A stretch of 64,000 nucleotides of DNA from Octopus vulgaris (Eukaryota). A program made the position numbers and the translations under genes. Shown here in pieces: positions 41,939 through 57,091 of this stretch. The stretch covers positions 36,952,001 through 37,016,000 of the forward strand of contig OX597834.1 in the NCBI GenBank assembly GCA_951406725.2, in the 5' to 3' direction. Every line of letters starts with the position of its first letter. The first letter of the stretch is position 1. A model generated the notes under the pieces. That model was not told the origin of the DNA. It did not search any database and was given only the letters and a program-made list of their open reading frames with translations.

Positions 41939-42162
41939 AGTGTGTGTGTGCTTTTGTATCTATGTTTGTCCCCCATCACTTGACAGCCGGCGTTGGTGTG
42001 TTTACGTCTCCGTAACTTAGTAGTTCGGTAAAAGGATCCTATAGAATAAGTACTAGACTTACAAAAATAAGTCCTGGGTCGAATTCTTCAACTGAAGCCC
42101 TTTAAAGCGGTGCTCCAGTATGGCCGCAGTCATATGACTGAAACAAGTACAAGAGTAAAAGA
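41697..42162 (+). mobile_element. SINE family B, full length
   Basis: Head, internal (TA)n(TG)n tract and tail all present. Confidence 0.88.
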
Positions 42163-42823
42163 ATACTACGGTTGCCAAACGAAATACAGTGTCCCAACCA
42201 ACAATAAATACTTATTATTCGAGGTCCAAATATTCGTCGCACCAACAGCAACCTGCTCACTGACACGATTCTGCTGCAACAATAAGGTACAGTGTCAGTG
42301 ACCAGGTCGCAGTTGGTGCGACGAAACATCTCACACAGAATAATATATGTTTCTGCGTATTTTCGAATGAGTAACGTATATCTTTATAAAGTGTCATTGT
42401 TTTACTTTCGACACATAGTCTCAGACCAAATCACTCGCCAGACAATCACGTCTCCAAAATTCAAGGAGGAGTTCTAAGAATTCACGTATTTCCTATCACT
42501 TCAAATCCGAAAAATACATAGTCACACAATTCGTCAATACTTGTACCAATAATCAATAATTTTACAATTTATCAATAACTATACAAAAAAATCAATACCT
42601 ATTCAGTTGATGAAAAGCTCTACAAGTGATCGATAATTGATTTTGTAATTCATAGGTTTGGTGAGAAATCTTATGATAGGCGCAGAATCAAGTGGTTTCG
42701 GGTCAATCCCATTGTATGCAACCTTGGCAGGTTCTTTCTACGATGGCTCTCGGCTGACCCAAACCTTCTCAGTGAATGTGGCTGACGGAAACTACGTGGA
42801 TGCCTATCGTGTATACATACATA

Positions 42824-42987
<164 letters not shown>

Positions 42988-43061
42988 TATATATATAAAT
43001 ATACATGTATATATATATTTGTTGCGCAAGATTTTTTATGTGAAGTCGTGTGTTGAAACAT

Positions 43062-43190
43062 ATATTGTTATATTTCGGAATGGTCATTCTACCAGTTTAG
43101 CCAATAAAAACACACGCACTATATATTTGGTGTTATTTTGCTTCAGTGTTATTTTTTTTTTTTTCGTCACACTCCTGTGACCGCATCATA
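43062..43190 (-). repeat. Dispersed repeat with a degenerate HHR (same family as 6720-6915)
   Basis: Minus strand reads TGATGC-g-gtcac(aggagt)gtgac-GAAA. Confidence 0.65.
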
Positions 43191-43199
43191 TATATATAT

Positions 43200-43569
43200 G
43201 TACTCGCCGTACGAGTTGAATTCGTTCCATGACCGAGTTCGTCTTACCATTTACTCGTTTTACAAGTCAATTTTCCCCATTGAAATTAGCTAAAACATAA
43301 TTAATCTGTTCCAGACTCCACTCAGAAATAATTTTTATGAGTTTTAAAACAGAAAAGGTGTAGTTACAAGTAAAATAATAATTATAAAAAAGAGAATACA
43401 AAAGAAATATGTAAACTGGTTTTATTAACTGAATTACCTTAAAGATGGGGCGATTTGTGTGTTCGTACTGCGGATTTCTGCTCGTACTTTAAGACAAAAA
43501 TTCTCACGAGTCTCGATTCGTACAGCAAATCACTCGTACAATGAGGCACTCGTACAGTGAGGTTCTACT

Positions 43570-43570
<1 letters not shown>
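43200..43570. mobile_element. Tigger/pogo-like MITE
   Basis: Right terminus gaggttctactg (CAGT-type TIR), repeated CTCGTAC subterminal motifs, aattcgttcc..tttccccattgaaa. Confidence 0.55.
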
Positions 43571-43600
<30 letters not shown>

Positions 43601-44466
43601 CATGCCTGTGTGTTTGTGTATGTGTATATATATATATATATGTAGAATTTGAACTCAGAGGGCAAGATACAGCAAGGCAGCTCGCTCGACAGCTATATTT
43701 CTCACCCACCCGTTATCCTAGATCGGTATTTCATTTTCATTGGCCTCGGAAAGTCGAAAATCGAAGTTGAATCCGATGAGATTTAATTTCAACGTGCAGA
43801 AGACTGGAGTAAACCTCACAGGGTTTCGAATCAACCAGCGATTCTGCTAATTCGCCTCATAACAGTCGCTAAATGAAATGGTAGAATCGAGAATGAAGAG
43901 AAACTGGTGAGAATCTGTGTCAGAAACAACCCAGGAAGAGGTGCGATAGTTCCAATAAATGTAGTTACAGTGAAGAATGGTAAATGTTTGATGTTTCGAG
44001 CTACAAGCTCTTTATCAAGGAAGAGAAAATAAACGAGGAGAGAGAGAGAGAGAAGAGAAAGCGGGAGAGATAATGCGGAGAGAGAGAAAAGTAGTTCTAT
44101 GCCGTGTAGTTGAAATGATTGTTACATGTGCAGTATTGGTACTCTAGGTTTTTCGGTCATCGGGTACCTCTTTTAAATGATTTTAATGTTTCTTTTCTAA
44201 TAATGTTTTTTTTTACTTGGGTACCTCTGACGAGGTATTTACTTTCTGTTCTATAAATATGTTTTGCCCTTTTGATGTTATTTTCCCACACTGTAACGGT
44301 ACCCATCTACCCTTCACGTCGATTAAAAACAAAATACATAAATCTTTGTTTGGATTCTGTGGTTGGATTATAAAAGTACGGCATGCATCTCACGACAGAA
44401 CCATTCAGGAACAAGAAAAGGGAACTGGCTTCTTGACAGACATCAACGAGTTCATAATAATACGTA

Positions 44467-44800
44467 GTGAGGGCGCGTAGCTGAGTGGTTAGGGCATTCA
44501 GCTCATGATCGTAAGGTTGTGAGTTCGATTCCCGGCGACGCGTTGTGTCCTTGAGCAAGACACTTTATTTCACGTTGCTCCAGTCCACTCAGCTGGCAAA
44601 AATGAGTTGTACTTGTATTTCAAAGGGTCAGCCTTGTCACTCTCTGTGTCACGCTGATTATCCCCGAGAACTACGTTAAGGGTACACGTGTCTGTGGAAT
44701 GCTCAACCATTTGCACGTTAATTTCACGAGCAAGCTGTTCCGTTGATCGTATCAGCTGGGACCCTCGTCGTCGTAACCGGCGGAGTCTTTAAGAGAGAGA
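44467..44800 (+). mobile_element. tRNA-derived SINE family C, full length
   Basis: A-box TAGCTGAGTGG, B-box GAGTTCGATTCC, CORE-like gtgtccttgagcaagacactt. 11-bp TSD AATAATACGTA at 44456-44466 and 44801-44811. Confidence 0.9.
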
Positions 44801-44989
44801 AATAATACGTAATAAATTATGCCTAGAAACACCAGTTTCAAAACTTTATTTAATCAACACGCTTAAATTCATTGAGAAGAGGGGAAACAGATCAATGCAT
44901 GAACTCTATCTAAGGGAGACAATTCCGAAAATGAAGTGAGTCCATCGAAATCTTATCTAATTAGCAGTGAAAATAAAAGTGGAGTTGAA

Positions 44990-45590
44990 TTAATCTAATC
45001 TTTGACAGGTAACAAATTCCAGACAATACAGGTGAATGTTTAAATATGGTACCGTACCATTAATTAAATGAGAAGGAAATCTTATCCTTCTTGGATACAT
45101 CGCTTTATTGTCTTGAGTCTACCACCACCAAAAGTTCAGCATAAAAGAAAATATCTTTCAGAAGCCATATATAAACTGATAATGCTTCGATGGTTTCTCT
45201 TTTGGCTACATGTCTAAAAGGAAAACTATGGTTGAGACAACGAGCGTGTCTTTCACAAAAATGGATTTATGAATTGTATGTCTCTGGAAATTAAGATAGC
45301 AGCTTAAGAAATTAGAATTCCTGTTCGGGGAGTTTGATGGAAAATGATACTCTCCTTTGACAATTGAAGCTATCTCTCATGTGATGTTGGATTGCAGAAA
45401 TTCTGTAAGCCTGTTCACGGGTTATAATCTGCTGCGAATCGTTTACGGAATTAATCTCCAGGCCTCTTCGCTTGTTAATGAGGATCTGCGTGCTTTCTGC
45501 TTGCAATTGATATTTCTTATACACATAATACAGCTATAGTTTACTTTTAAGTTTCGCCGGTTGAACAATTTGAAATGTTTGAGTGAGTCC
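44990..45590 (-). mobile_element. Decayed PLE linker/GIY-YIG fragment
   Basis: HFKLFNRRNLKVNYSC; RCLNHSFPFRHVAKRETIEALSVYIWLLKD; SGICYL. Confidence 0.7.
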
Positions 45591-45786
45591 CATGAGAATT
45601 TGTCAATGAATTAGGCTTTGGAAATTGCAGACAATACGACCCAGGAAAGACGAAAGGTAAAAATAAATCCTAACTGAATTTGAACACAGAACGTAAACGA
45701 GTAATTAAAACAGAGGAGAACTTTGTCCGATTCATTACTTCTTCTGACAATCCGCTACACTCTTAGGTATCATGATGAAAATGATA

Positions 45787-45821
<35 letters not shown>

Positions 45822-45947
45822 ACTGATTTCTAACATTGACATAGGGCCTCAAATGTAGAGGTATATTGCTTTATGAACACACACGCACACACGCGCGCAC
45901 ACACAAGAACACGAACACCCGTACGCAAACACATGAACACACACACG

Positions 45948-45998
<51 letters not shown>

Positions 45999-46457
45999 AT
46001 ATACGGATGCGCGCTCAGCTATATATTGAAAAAAATCACCGAGGAAACCATTTTAGTAGTTCAACAGTAGATATATTTACACTCGTTAGCTTACAAAAAC
46101 AAAGCCAAATTTCCCTGTCTATTTGTTTCTCATTCCACATCTCTCCCCACTCACTCTCCCTCTCTCTCTTTCTTTTCTTTCTCTCTATCTTTCTCTCGTT
46201 TCCGGACGAATTTCATCATTTCACCGTTAACGAATACTTCTTTATTCCAGACAGTAAACTGTGATTTATAGAATATTTGGTTACTATTTCTAGCACATCT
46301 AGCGGCTGCATCGAGCCTCTCCCAGTATGTTTAATCAGTCTGCAGAATGTGGCAAGAGACACAACAAACGAAAACCGAAATTAATGGTTTACGAGTAATT
46401 GATATCTTTGATGTGATTCAATCGTTATCTCGTCCAACGTTTTATTATATATTTATA

Positions 46458-46523
<66 letters not shown>

Positions 46524-46529
46524 CTTATA

Positions 46530-46595
<66 letters not shown>

Positions 46596-46600
46596 CATCA

Positions 46601-46680
<80 letters not shown>

Positions 46681-46681
46681 A

Positions 46682-47012
46682 TGCGTGGCATCTTGGGCAA
46701 GTGTCTTCTGCTATAGCCTCGGGCCGACCAATGCCTTGTGAGTGGATTTGGTAGACGGAAACTGAAAGAAGCCTGTCGTATATATGTATATATATATATG
46801 CATGTGTATGTGTTTGTGTGTCCGTGTTTGCACCCCCCCCTAGTATTGCTTGACAACCGATGCTGGTGTATTTACGTCTCCGTCACAAAAGAGACCGATA
46901 GAATAAGTACTGGGCTTACAAAGAATAAGTCCCGGGGTCGATTTGCTCGACTAAAGGCGGTGCTCCAGCATGGCCACAGTCAAATGACTGAAACATGTAA
47001 AAGAGTAAAAGA
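46682..47012 (+). mobile_element. SINE family B, 5'-truncated, between (ATT)n tracts
   Basis: Matches the other family B copies. Confidence 0.85.
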
Positions 47013-47020
47013 GATTATTA

Positions 47021-47072
<52 letters not shown>

Positions 47073-47082
47073 AAGCTTATGA

Positions 47083-47285
47083 ACTGGCAGAATCGTTAGC
47101 AGACTGGAAAAATGCTTAGTGGCATTTCATCCGTCTTTATGTTCTGTGTTCAAATTCCGCCGAGGTTGATTTTACAGTTTATCCTTTCGGGGTCGTGAAA
47201 ATAAGTACCAGTTGAATACTGGGGTTGGCATAATCGATTTAGCTCGTCCCCCAACTTGCTAACCTTTTGCTAAAATTTGAAATCG
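47083..47285 (+). mobile_element. SINE family A
   Basis: ctggcagaatcgttagc..gttcaaattccgccgagg..aagtaccagttg. Confidence 0.85.
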
Positions 47286-47685
47286 AAACCATTATTATCA
47301 TTATTCCTATGTTAGATAATTAATAATAGCAGGAAATTTATATTTTGAAATGAGTATATAACTGTTTGTAACATAAGTACCATGACTGAAATTTTAGGGA
47401 AGGAAAATAATCGATTATATGCGCTGGTGCTTTATTTTATTGATCCAGGACTGATGAAAGTCGAATTTGATTTTGGTGTGATTTGAACTGCGGACGTAGA
47501 GCGATGTAACGAAATACGGTGAGAAATTCCTCCGACGCTCTTGCGATTCGTGGCTTAATTTCTGCGAAACACAAACACATAATATTTATTGCATATCGTG
47601 AAATAGATTTCGTGATATTCATTCCTTTTAGAAGAAAATTATTGGCGGAGATAGACAGACAGAGAGAGAGACCGGTAAATAAATC

Positions 47686-47741
<56 letters not shown>

Positions 47742-47832
47742 TATAGATAGATAGATAGATAGATAGGTACTGGACAGATAGATAAATGATAAATTGACAT
47801 ATATGTGAGTATGTGTGTGAATGTATGTATAC

Positions 47833-47875
<43 letters not shown>

Positions 47876-47943
47876 TGAGCGAGTGAGGAGAAAATGAGAG
47901 AAAGAGGACATGGATAGACAGATAAATAACATAGCTACCTAGC

Positions 47944-48028
<85 letters not shown>

Positions 48029-48151
48029 TGATTGATATGTCGGCGAGTCAACTGGAGTTTAATATCATAAGTATTTGTGGTTAATTTGTTGTATTGGATC
48101 TATGAATAGTATGATTAGGGCATTTTTGCGTCGAAATATCAGTTATTCAAA

Positions 48152-48360
48152 GGCAGTGAGTTGGCAGAAACGTTAGCACGCCGGAGTAAATGCTTAGTAG
48201 TACTTCGTCTGTCTTTACGTTCTGAGTTCAAATTCTGCCGTGGTTGACTTTGCCTTTCATGCCTTCGGGCTCGATAAATTAAGCACCAGTTGCGTACTGG
48301 GGTCGATCTTATCGACTGGCTCCATCCCCTAAAATTTCGGACTTTGTGCCTAGAATAGAA
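48152..48360 (+). mobile_element. SINE family A
   Basis: Full-length match to the other copies. Confidence 0.88.
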
Positions 48361-49381
48361 TAAAAAAACAAAAAAACAAAAAGAAATATCATTTATTCAT
48401 TGCTTATCTTTTATCATTTAATTGTTTTAATTTTTGAAGTGTGGGATGTTGGGACTTCGAATTCATTCACCAGACATTTGTCAGCCTGGGGCTATAGTAA
48501 AAAAAAAACCCTTGTCCAAGGTGCCGATCAATGTAACTGAACCTGAGTTCGCGTGGGTGCAAAGTGAACTTAATCAGACAGAATTATATTCCATGTTAGA
48601 ATGTCCTTATAATATCATTGTAAAGGATACAGTGATTTCAAAATAAGGCACAAAACCCAATAGATTATAGGAAGAAAAGAAAATCGGTTTTATAGAACCC
48701 AGTACCTGACTGGTACTTATCGAGTCACAGACAGAGCATCTATATGGTCATTCGGCTTGCTGGAAATAGCAGGCACAACTTCTTCATAACATACTCTAGC
48801 GATTGGGAAAAATGAGGGATACATTAGATAATGTAGTTTGAGATATGTAATAAAAAGAAGAAAAGGATGGTTATGGTTGGAACGTCCGTTGCTGATAGAA
48901 CAGCTCGATGAGGGCTGCCCTGGGACTAACCAAAGAGGAGCAATTGGTGCTTATTTTATTGACACCCACGGAATGATGAAGTTGACTTTACCTGGTTTTG
49001 TATATATAGATGTATGTATATATACGCATACATACATACATATATAATATATAATATATATAATAAATCAAAAAAAGGAGAACAAACAAAAAAACATCAA
49101 CAACGCGACGACGTGGTACATGTAAAATATTAGCAGACGCTCAGGGATGGAAAGAATGTAAAGAGAAAGCAGTTGAGGGTAGTGCTTGGATTACCAAGAG
49201 GTTTATAAATGCGGATAAGGCCACAGAACTGTTATGAGTCCGGTTGCAACGCAATACGTCCAGCTGTTGCGGGCACACCGTGTGGAGAGATACTGAGCTT
49301 TATGGGGCCGAAATCTTGCCGGAGCACGGCGCTCAGCTGATGATTACAACCGGACGAGAAATGGAGGAGCATTCTGTGTTT

Positions 49382-49782
49382 TCTGCTACTACATATATAT
49401 ATATAAAGCTGAAGTTGTCTGTGTATGGCAAGTTTGGTAACCTTCAACTAACACTATTTCCTCCGAGACCCTACGGTGCAAGTTGACTAAAATTGAAGGT
49501 ATAATAGAAGAAGGCTTGCTCTTCATTCCGTAAAAGAAAAAAATTAAAATCGGATCATGTTAAGACCAAAAATTATTTACAACAAAAAGGTGCTTTTTTC
49601 TATGAAAATCCCTATTTTTTACGATTTTTTGACTGCTGTGTCGCCATTTTTCGGTGTATTTCAACCAGAAAAATGTTCACTTAAAGAGAATAACAAGCTA
49701 CATAATGCAAAATTTTTACTTATCAAAAATTCCAATTCTAAAGTGTCGAAACAAACCCGAGCAACGCCGGGCGATACTGCTA

Positions 49783-49783
<1 letters not shown>
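49382..49783 (+). mobile_element. Non-autonomous Helitron
   Basis: 3' GC-rich hairpin CCCGAGCAACGCCGGG about 8 nt before terminal CTAG (49780-49783), followed by T. 5' TC..CTACTA..TATAAAG start. Confidence 0.8.
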
Positions 49784-49835
<52 letters not shown>

Positions 49836-49999
49836 CATACGTACACAAGTGTGTGTGTGTGTCTGTGTGAATGTGCATGCACATACAACAATACATACAC
49901 ACGTGCACACATATGTATACATAGGATATAGGCACACGTATATATATGTATGCGTGCATATGTATATGATATATATCTAGATATACCTATAAAGTATGT

Positions 50000-50031
<32 letters not shown>

Positions 50032-50619
50032 TTGTTTCTCGATATGTATATGTATTGCTTCTGTCGGTCCAAAATGACATAACGACATAATTAACATTAT
50101 TAATTGATTAATTAATATAAAACGAGTGAATTGTTAGCATCTTTAATTATGAGAACAAAGAAGGCTCGAGCCCATAGCCTGGAAAAGTTGTCGATTTGTT
50201 GTAAAATCAGTTTGACAGCTCATATATAACATTGCGTATACACAAAATGCCAACATATATGTATAGTCACACACAAAGCAGTAGCAGCACATAAGCACAT
50301 ACATATATACACATGCACACACATGTACACACTCACGAACACGTACACATACACATGTACTTTCGCACGCGCACCCATATACACACGCATACACGCACGC
50401 GCACACACATGGCGCTAACTGAATATACAGAGCGCTTTTTTTAATCTTGGCGAATCTAATGAAACTGGTTATTGTTATTAAAAATAGTGGATCCCAAACG
50501 TCTTCACATTCTTGGCATATCCTCTGCTTAATATTATCAAATTAGTTATTGCTGTCAAAAGTCTTCATCTCCAATTGAAGATAATAAGTAGTTGCAACGC
50601 TTTATATATACTTCCACAT

Positions 50620-51008
50620 AGGTGCAGTGTGTGGCTGTATGGTAAGAAGCTTCCTTCTCAACGACGTGGTTCCGTGTTCAGTCCCACTGTGTGGCACCTT
50701 GGGCAAGTGCCTTCTATTATAGCTCGGGCCGACCAAAGCCTTGTGAGTTGATCTGGTAGACGGAAACATATATATATATATATATATGTGTGTGTGTATG
50801 TATTTGTGTGTCTGTGTTTGTCCCCCTCCCCCACCATCACAGTTGGTGTGTTTACGTCACCTGTAACCTAGCGGTTCAACATAAGTGACCGGTGGAATAA
50901 GTGCTAGGCTTACAAAGGATTAGTTCTGGGGTCGAATTGTTCGACTAAAAGGTGGTACTGCAGCATGGCCACAGTCAAATGATTAAAACAAGTAAAAGAA
51001 TAAAAGAA
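50620..51008 (+). mobile_element. SINE family B
   Basis: Head, internal microsatellite and tail. Confidence 0.85.
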
Positions 51009-51062
51009 TATATATATGTGTGTGTGTGTATGTGTGTGTGTGTGTACGTGTGTGTATGTATG

Positions 51063-51117
<55 letters not shown>

Positions 51118-51409
51118 TACTTGTGTGTGTGTGTGTATTTTCTTCGTTTCCCCTTAATACAATTTGACCAGATCTGTTCATCAAATTAATAAATCTAGTT
51201 CCACTCATTCCATTAGTGACAAACCGTTATTAATTTAATTAATAGCATAGATTTAATTAAAACATGCATTCCAATGCTTAATTAGAAGGGATGTAAATAG
51301 AATGCTATTACCTGAAAGGTTGGTGGTCCCGTGGAATAGACTGCTATGGATTTAGCAGTGTAGTTTCGATTCTCTGTGGGAATTATTTTTCGCTATTTAT
51401 GTTATATGG

Positions 51410-51550
51410 AGGAATATGGCTTTGTGGTTAAGGTGTTGCAAACATGATCGTGAGATTGCTGTTTCGATTCCTGGACCGAGCGATGTGTTGTGTTCTTGAG
51501 CGAAACACTTCATTTCACGTTGCCCTAGTCCAGTCAGTTGGCAAAAATAA
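51410..51550 (+). mobile_element. SINE family C, 5' part
   Basis: tRNA-like head plus CORE-like segment. Confidence 0.7.
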
Positions 51551-51799
51551 ATAATAAAGTGAAGTTGTGACAAGCCTGACTACTTCAGCGATCGATCGAT
51601 GGAGGATCTGCTTGAATGAGCAAAAGGACGGGAACTTCTGAAGTGAAGGGCCAGAGGCCTGCCCTGGAGTCGGATATTACCGCTTTTTTTTCTTTATTCA
51701 CGTCATCATTTCCACCACGCAACTCGAAGAAATAAACCTAGTGACACTAATTAATCATTAATTGAATTACAACACTTTGAATTGTGCATATAATATATT

Positions 51800-52013
51800 G
51801 GCTTCAAATTTTAACACAAGGCCAGCAATTTTAGGAGCCGGGGCAAGTCGATTACATCGACCCCAGTATTCAACTGGTACTTATTTTATCGAATCTGAAA
51901 GGATGAAAAGCAGAGTCGACCTCGGCGGAATTTGAACTCAGAACGTAAAGACGAACGAAATGCCGTTAAGTATTTTATTCGGTGCGGTAACGATTTCTGC
52001 CAGTTTGCTGCCT
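51800..52013 (-). mobile_element. SINE family A
   Basis: Matches the other copies. Confidence 0.88.
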
Positions 52014-52334
52014 TGAGTGTGCATATAATATGTTAACACAATAAATGTCTGCTTTGATCTCCCAGGTCCAAGGGGCTAATGGTTCTGATTTTTAAGAATT
52101 TAAGTTTGAAAATAAAAAAATTTAACCCCTTCAATAGGATGCCACACTGTTACAGAATTAACCTCCAAGAGCCACAAGTAGCCATTGTGCTCGAGAAATG
52201 GGAAATGAAATGCGTTGCGCAAGAATATAACACGGTGTCTGCTTCCAGAATCGAACTCACGACTCAATGATCTTTATATTAACCACTTCAGCAGTTGACG
52301 ATGCATCTGTACTTATAGTAACATGTTTCATTAA

Positions 52335-52950
52335 CAAAATGAAGAATGAAATGAAAAAAAGGGAATGAAAGAAAAATGAAATGAAAAATTAAATGAAAAA
52401 ATGGAATGAAAAACCGAAAAATGGAAATGAAAAATGAAATGAAAAATGAAATAAAAAATGAAATGAAAAAATGGAATGAAAAAAAATGAAATGAAAAATG
52501 AAATAAAAAATGAAATGAAAAAATGGAATGAAAAAATGAAATGAAAAATGAAATGAAAAATGAAATGAAAAAATGGAATGAAAAACTGAAAAATAAAATT
52601 AAAAAATGGAAATTCAAAAATGAAAAATGGAATGAAAAATAAAATGAAAAATGAAATGAAAAATGAAATGAAAAAATGGAATGAAAAACTGAAAAATAAA
52701 ATTAAAAAATGGAATTTCAAAAATGAAAAAATGGAATGAAAAATAAAATGAAAAATGAAATGAAAAATGAAATGAAAAATGAAATGAAAAATGAAATAAA
52801 ATATGAAATAAAATATGAAATGAAATGAAAAAGTGGAATGAAAAAATGAAAAATAGAAATGAAAAATGAAATGAAAAAAATTGAATGAAAAATGAAATGA
52901 AAAAACGAAAAAAGGGAAATGACAATAAAGAAATACAATATGAAATGAAA
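52335..52950. repeat. (AAATG/AAAAATG)n degenerate satellite with an internal higher-order duplication
   Basis: Direct reading; the block ...aactgaaaaataaaattaaaaaatgg occurs twice (about 52585 and 52688). Confidence 0.9.
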
Positions 52951-53217
52951 AACTCCGTGGTGCGATTCATTCGCTCATTACAATTTAAGCTGCTGAATCT
53001 TCAAAACGGTTCCAGATATTCCCCCGCCCGCCCTTCAAATAGTACGCATGCATAAATACATTACAAAACAAAAAGAAGAAAATGATTTCAGAAATTTATC
53101 ATAGATAAGAGAAAGTATTTAAATTCACATGCACATACATAACTACATACCTACAATCACACATACACACACGCAAGCGCACACACACGCACGCACATAC
53201 ATACATACATACATACA

Positions 53218-53265
<48 letters not shown>

Positions 53266-53935
53266 AAATCAAACATACACACACATATATAGACACGTAT
53301 ATACACACACATGTATGTTGGTGTGTGTGTGTGTGTATATATATACATATATATGTATGTGTGTGTATATGTGTGAGCATGTTTTTATGTATGCATATTT
53401 AATCCAAATGCAAAATTATAAACGAATTAAGAATAAGTTTCATACACGACCAAACTTCCTTAAAAAGCAAAAGAGACCTTACAATCGTCAGATATGTTTG
53501 ACAAGAAATGTGCATGTACGCACAAATACGCATGCTCACACACAAACAAGCACACATACATACACAGTAACTGAACAGTTTATGCTAGACTTTAAACATT
53601 CCTGAACATTAATGTACCTTGTTTTTGTTGAAATTTTAGATCTTTTTGCTGCTGGTGAAGTCATTTTGACCAAATTTGACCAATTGGCCAATGTGATTTG
53701 AAAGAACCTTGCTTTTTGGTTAGATTTCATGGTTTTCTTTATTGAAAAAAATTTAGAAATAAAATTTAGAAGAATAAGCAATCACACACATACGGGCCTA
53801 CACAGACATACGCACACACAAAGACATGTATATATACACGTATGTACATATATACATACATATATACATACATGCATACATACATAAATATATATATGTA
53901 TGTATGATTGTATATATATATGTATGTATATATAT

Positions 53936-54016
<81 letters not shown>

Positions 54017-54314
54017 TATATATAGAGGGCATCTATGTGTAATAATACCCTCTATATAATATAAATAAATATATTTAAATGAAAAGATTGGTGGTTTTTT
54101 TCTCTTATGAGGTTTTTCACGCTGACTACTTGATAAATTCTTATGAAGATTTTATCCTACTTTTAAATTATATAGATATGAACGAAAACACATTTGATAG
54201 AGGTTAAATGAGTCAGCTCCGTATAGTTAGAAGTTTCATGGGCCTGCACGATGGATCTGATGAAATGGGTCCGTCCTCAGCGCCAACGAAACTTTAAACT
54301 ATGCGTAAAAAAGG

Positions 54315-54532
54315 TATTCTTTTCTACTCTAGGTACAAGACCCGAAATTTTTGTGGAGGGGGACCAGTCGAGTACATCGACCCCAGTACGCAACTGGTAC
54401 TTAATTTATCGACTCCAAAAGGATGAAAGGTAAAGTCGACCTCGGCGAAATTTAAACTCAGAACGTAAAGACAGACGAAATGCCGCTAAGCACTTCGTCT
54501 GACGTGCTAACGGTTCTGCCACCTCAACGCCT
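54315..54532 (-). mobile_element. SINE family A
   Basis: Matches the other copies. Confidence 0.88.
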
Positions 54533-54659
54533 AATACATTAACAAGATATTAATGTTCTCAAGTTCTTTAAGAGATATAGTGTTTCAAGAGAACTCCCTT
54601 TATCTTTTAAAAAAACCACTAACGAATGCATAAATTTCAGGAAAGAGATTTTTTTCTGT

Positions 54660-54881
54660 ATACTCTTTTACTCTTTTACTTGTTTCAGTCATTTGACTGC
54701 GGCCATGTTGGAGCACCGCCTTTAGTCGAGCAACTCGACCCCGAGACTTATTCTTTTGTAAGCCCAGTACTTATTCTATCGGTCTCTTTTGCCGAACCGC
54801 TAAGTAACGGGGACATAAACACACCAGCATCGGTTGTCAAGCAATGCTAGGGGGACAAACACAGACACACAAACACACACA

Positions 54882-54951
<70 letters not shown>

Positions 54952-55103
54952 CATATATACGACAGGCTTCTTTCAGTTTCCGTCTACCAAATCCACTCAC
55001 AAGGCTTTGGTCGGCCGAGGCTATAGTAGAAGACACTTGCCCAGGGATTGAACCCGGAACCATGTGGTTGGTAAACAAGCTACTTACCACACAGCCACTC
55101 CTG
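54660..55103 (-). mobile_element. SINE family B
   Basis: Close match to 14598-14995. Confidence 0.9.
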
Positions 55104-55711
55104 TATATCCATATATCGAGGAATACGCCTTGTAGGAATTGAAAAGCAGACCATTGGACACGGAGTAAACCATTAACATCTTGTTTGCATTTGCGTGACA
55201 TCGAATTACTATACTCTTACTCTACAAAGCGTAGATTAACCTCTATGTTATAAAACTGATGTTATTAAAGGGAAACATAAAAACAAACGTTAACCATACA
55301 AACACAGACACACATACATGCACACATATATGTTTAAATAAACATACATACATGTGTATATAAGCACACGCACACACACACACACAAGAGCCATGCTGTG
55401 CCTCAAATTCCGTAGAATGGAAATGCATGTGAAACAGCATTTCCTCGGCGAGCAGATTGTGGAAAGTTTAAACAGTCTGCGACAAAAAAAAAAAATTAAT
55501 AAATAATAAATACCCCCACCCAAAAAAAAAAACGGAAAAGAAAAAGAAAAAGAGATTATTGTGAAGATTGAAGAAAAGAAAAGAAACACAAACAAGCAAA
55601 AGATTAACAACTACATTCATAAGACAAATGACTGACGGGATTAACGAATAAGCTAACTCCGTTTATAAAAATATTTTACATAAATAGATTCGTATATATA
55701 CATACATACAT

Positions 55712-55794
<83 letters not shown>

Positions 55795-56271
55795 TATTAT
55801 GTATGGTATAATTATAAGCGTGTACAGATAGTTTATGGAATTAAGAAATTTACTGTTCCAAACAATCAGTTAAGAATTTGTAAGGAAAATAATTAAGAAA
55901 AAAATGTGTTTTCAAAGAGAAACTTTGAACACAGTCGTGATTGTAATACCTTCGTGACAGACGAGTTATTCATTATACATACATCCTTGCATACATACAG
56001 GCGCGGTTATAATGTGTTATTGATATGACACAGTATAACACAATAAATATATATATATATATACATACAATATATATATACATATCTATACTATATATAC
56101 ATATATATACATATATAAACATATATATATATATATTTATATACATACACATATATATACATATATATACATATACATATATATATTTATATGTTTATAA
56201 ATTTTACAGTGGTTGCACACCAACAGGCGTAGTTATTATTTTGGGTTATTGATATATTACAATATAATACA

Positions 56272-56307
<36 letters not shown>

Positions 56308-56328
56308 GCATACGTATACGCACATCTC

Positions 56329-56393
<65 letters not shown>

Positions 56394-56398
56394 GCATG

Positions 56399-56431
<33 letters not shown>

Positions 56432-56681
56432 GGGTTTCTGCATACCTCATATATTTTCACGTATCTATATATGTGTGTGTATAGATAAATATATGTAGAA
56501 ACTCAGTGTGTGTTGATAATAGTGTATATGTATCTGTATGCACACACGCACACGTACATGCATTTACTTGTGTGTGTGTGTGTGTGAGTGTTTGTGTGTG
56601 TGCATGCGTGTTTGTCTGTGTGTCTGTGTGCATGTCTTAAGGGTGTTGGGAAGGAGATGCGAAATGTTTCTCCTGTCGCCA

Positions 56682-56921
56682 TTAAGCTTCCCACGAAACC
56701 ACTTCTGTCCCTGGAACACTAGAGACTTGTCTTTCTTGTGAAACTCCGCTTCCATTGCGATCCGCCAGGACGAACATTTTATCTCGAAGTCCGAGGAATA
56801 ATTTCCTCATCCTGAATTCTCTGAAATTGTTTTTCTTCACCGTTGTTGAATCCTTTGATGTTTCTGTTGATGTTTCCGAAGAAAATATTCGTGATTTCTT
56901 CACGAGTTCTATTAAATCGTC
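56682..56921 (-). CDS. GPCR coding exon 3 (helix 8 and Ser/Thr-rich C-tail, to stop)
   Basis: Acceptor ttctactttcAG|GAC; phase 0. Continues NDNFR-DDLIELVKK (amphipathic helix 8) and the S/T-rich tail SSETSTETSKDSTT. 79 codons plus stop; the only non-repetitive coding-like segment downstream of exon 2. Confidence 0.8.
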   Translation of the reverse strand, partial: DDLIELVKKSRIFSSETSTETSKDSTTVKKNNFREFRMRKLFLGLRDKMFVLADRNGSGVSQERQVSSVPGTEVVSWEA

Positions 56922-57045
56922 CTGAAAGTAGAAGGAAACATACAGAATTACATACACATAAGTCCGTGCATATATACATACATAAATACATAAATACACA
57001 CACACACATATATATATACACACATACATATACATAAATACATAA

Positions 57046-57091
<46 letters not shown>

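Noticed and set aside
43985-44025. Minus-strand gagct/agctc-GAAAC HHR-like motif
   Set aside because: CUGANGA is mutated (TTGATAA); not called as a ribozyme feature.
44467-44545. tRNA gene (similar heads at 17930, 24120-24200 and 51415)
   Set aside because: A and B boxes are present but there is no proper acceptor stem; each continues into a SINE body, with a TSD at this copy.
52288-52970. Phe-rich transmembrane-like ORFs
   Set aside because: Reverse-strand translation of the AAATG satellite.
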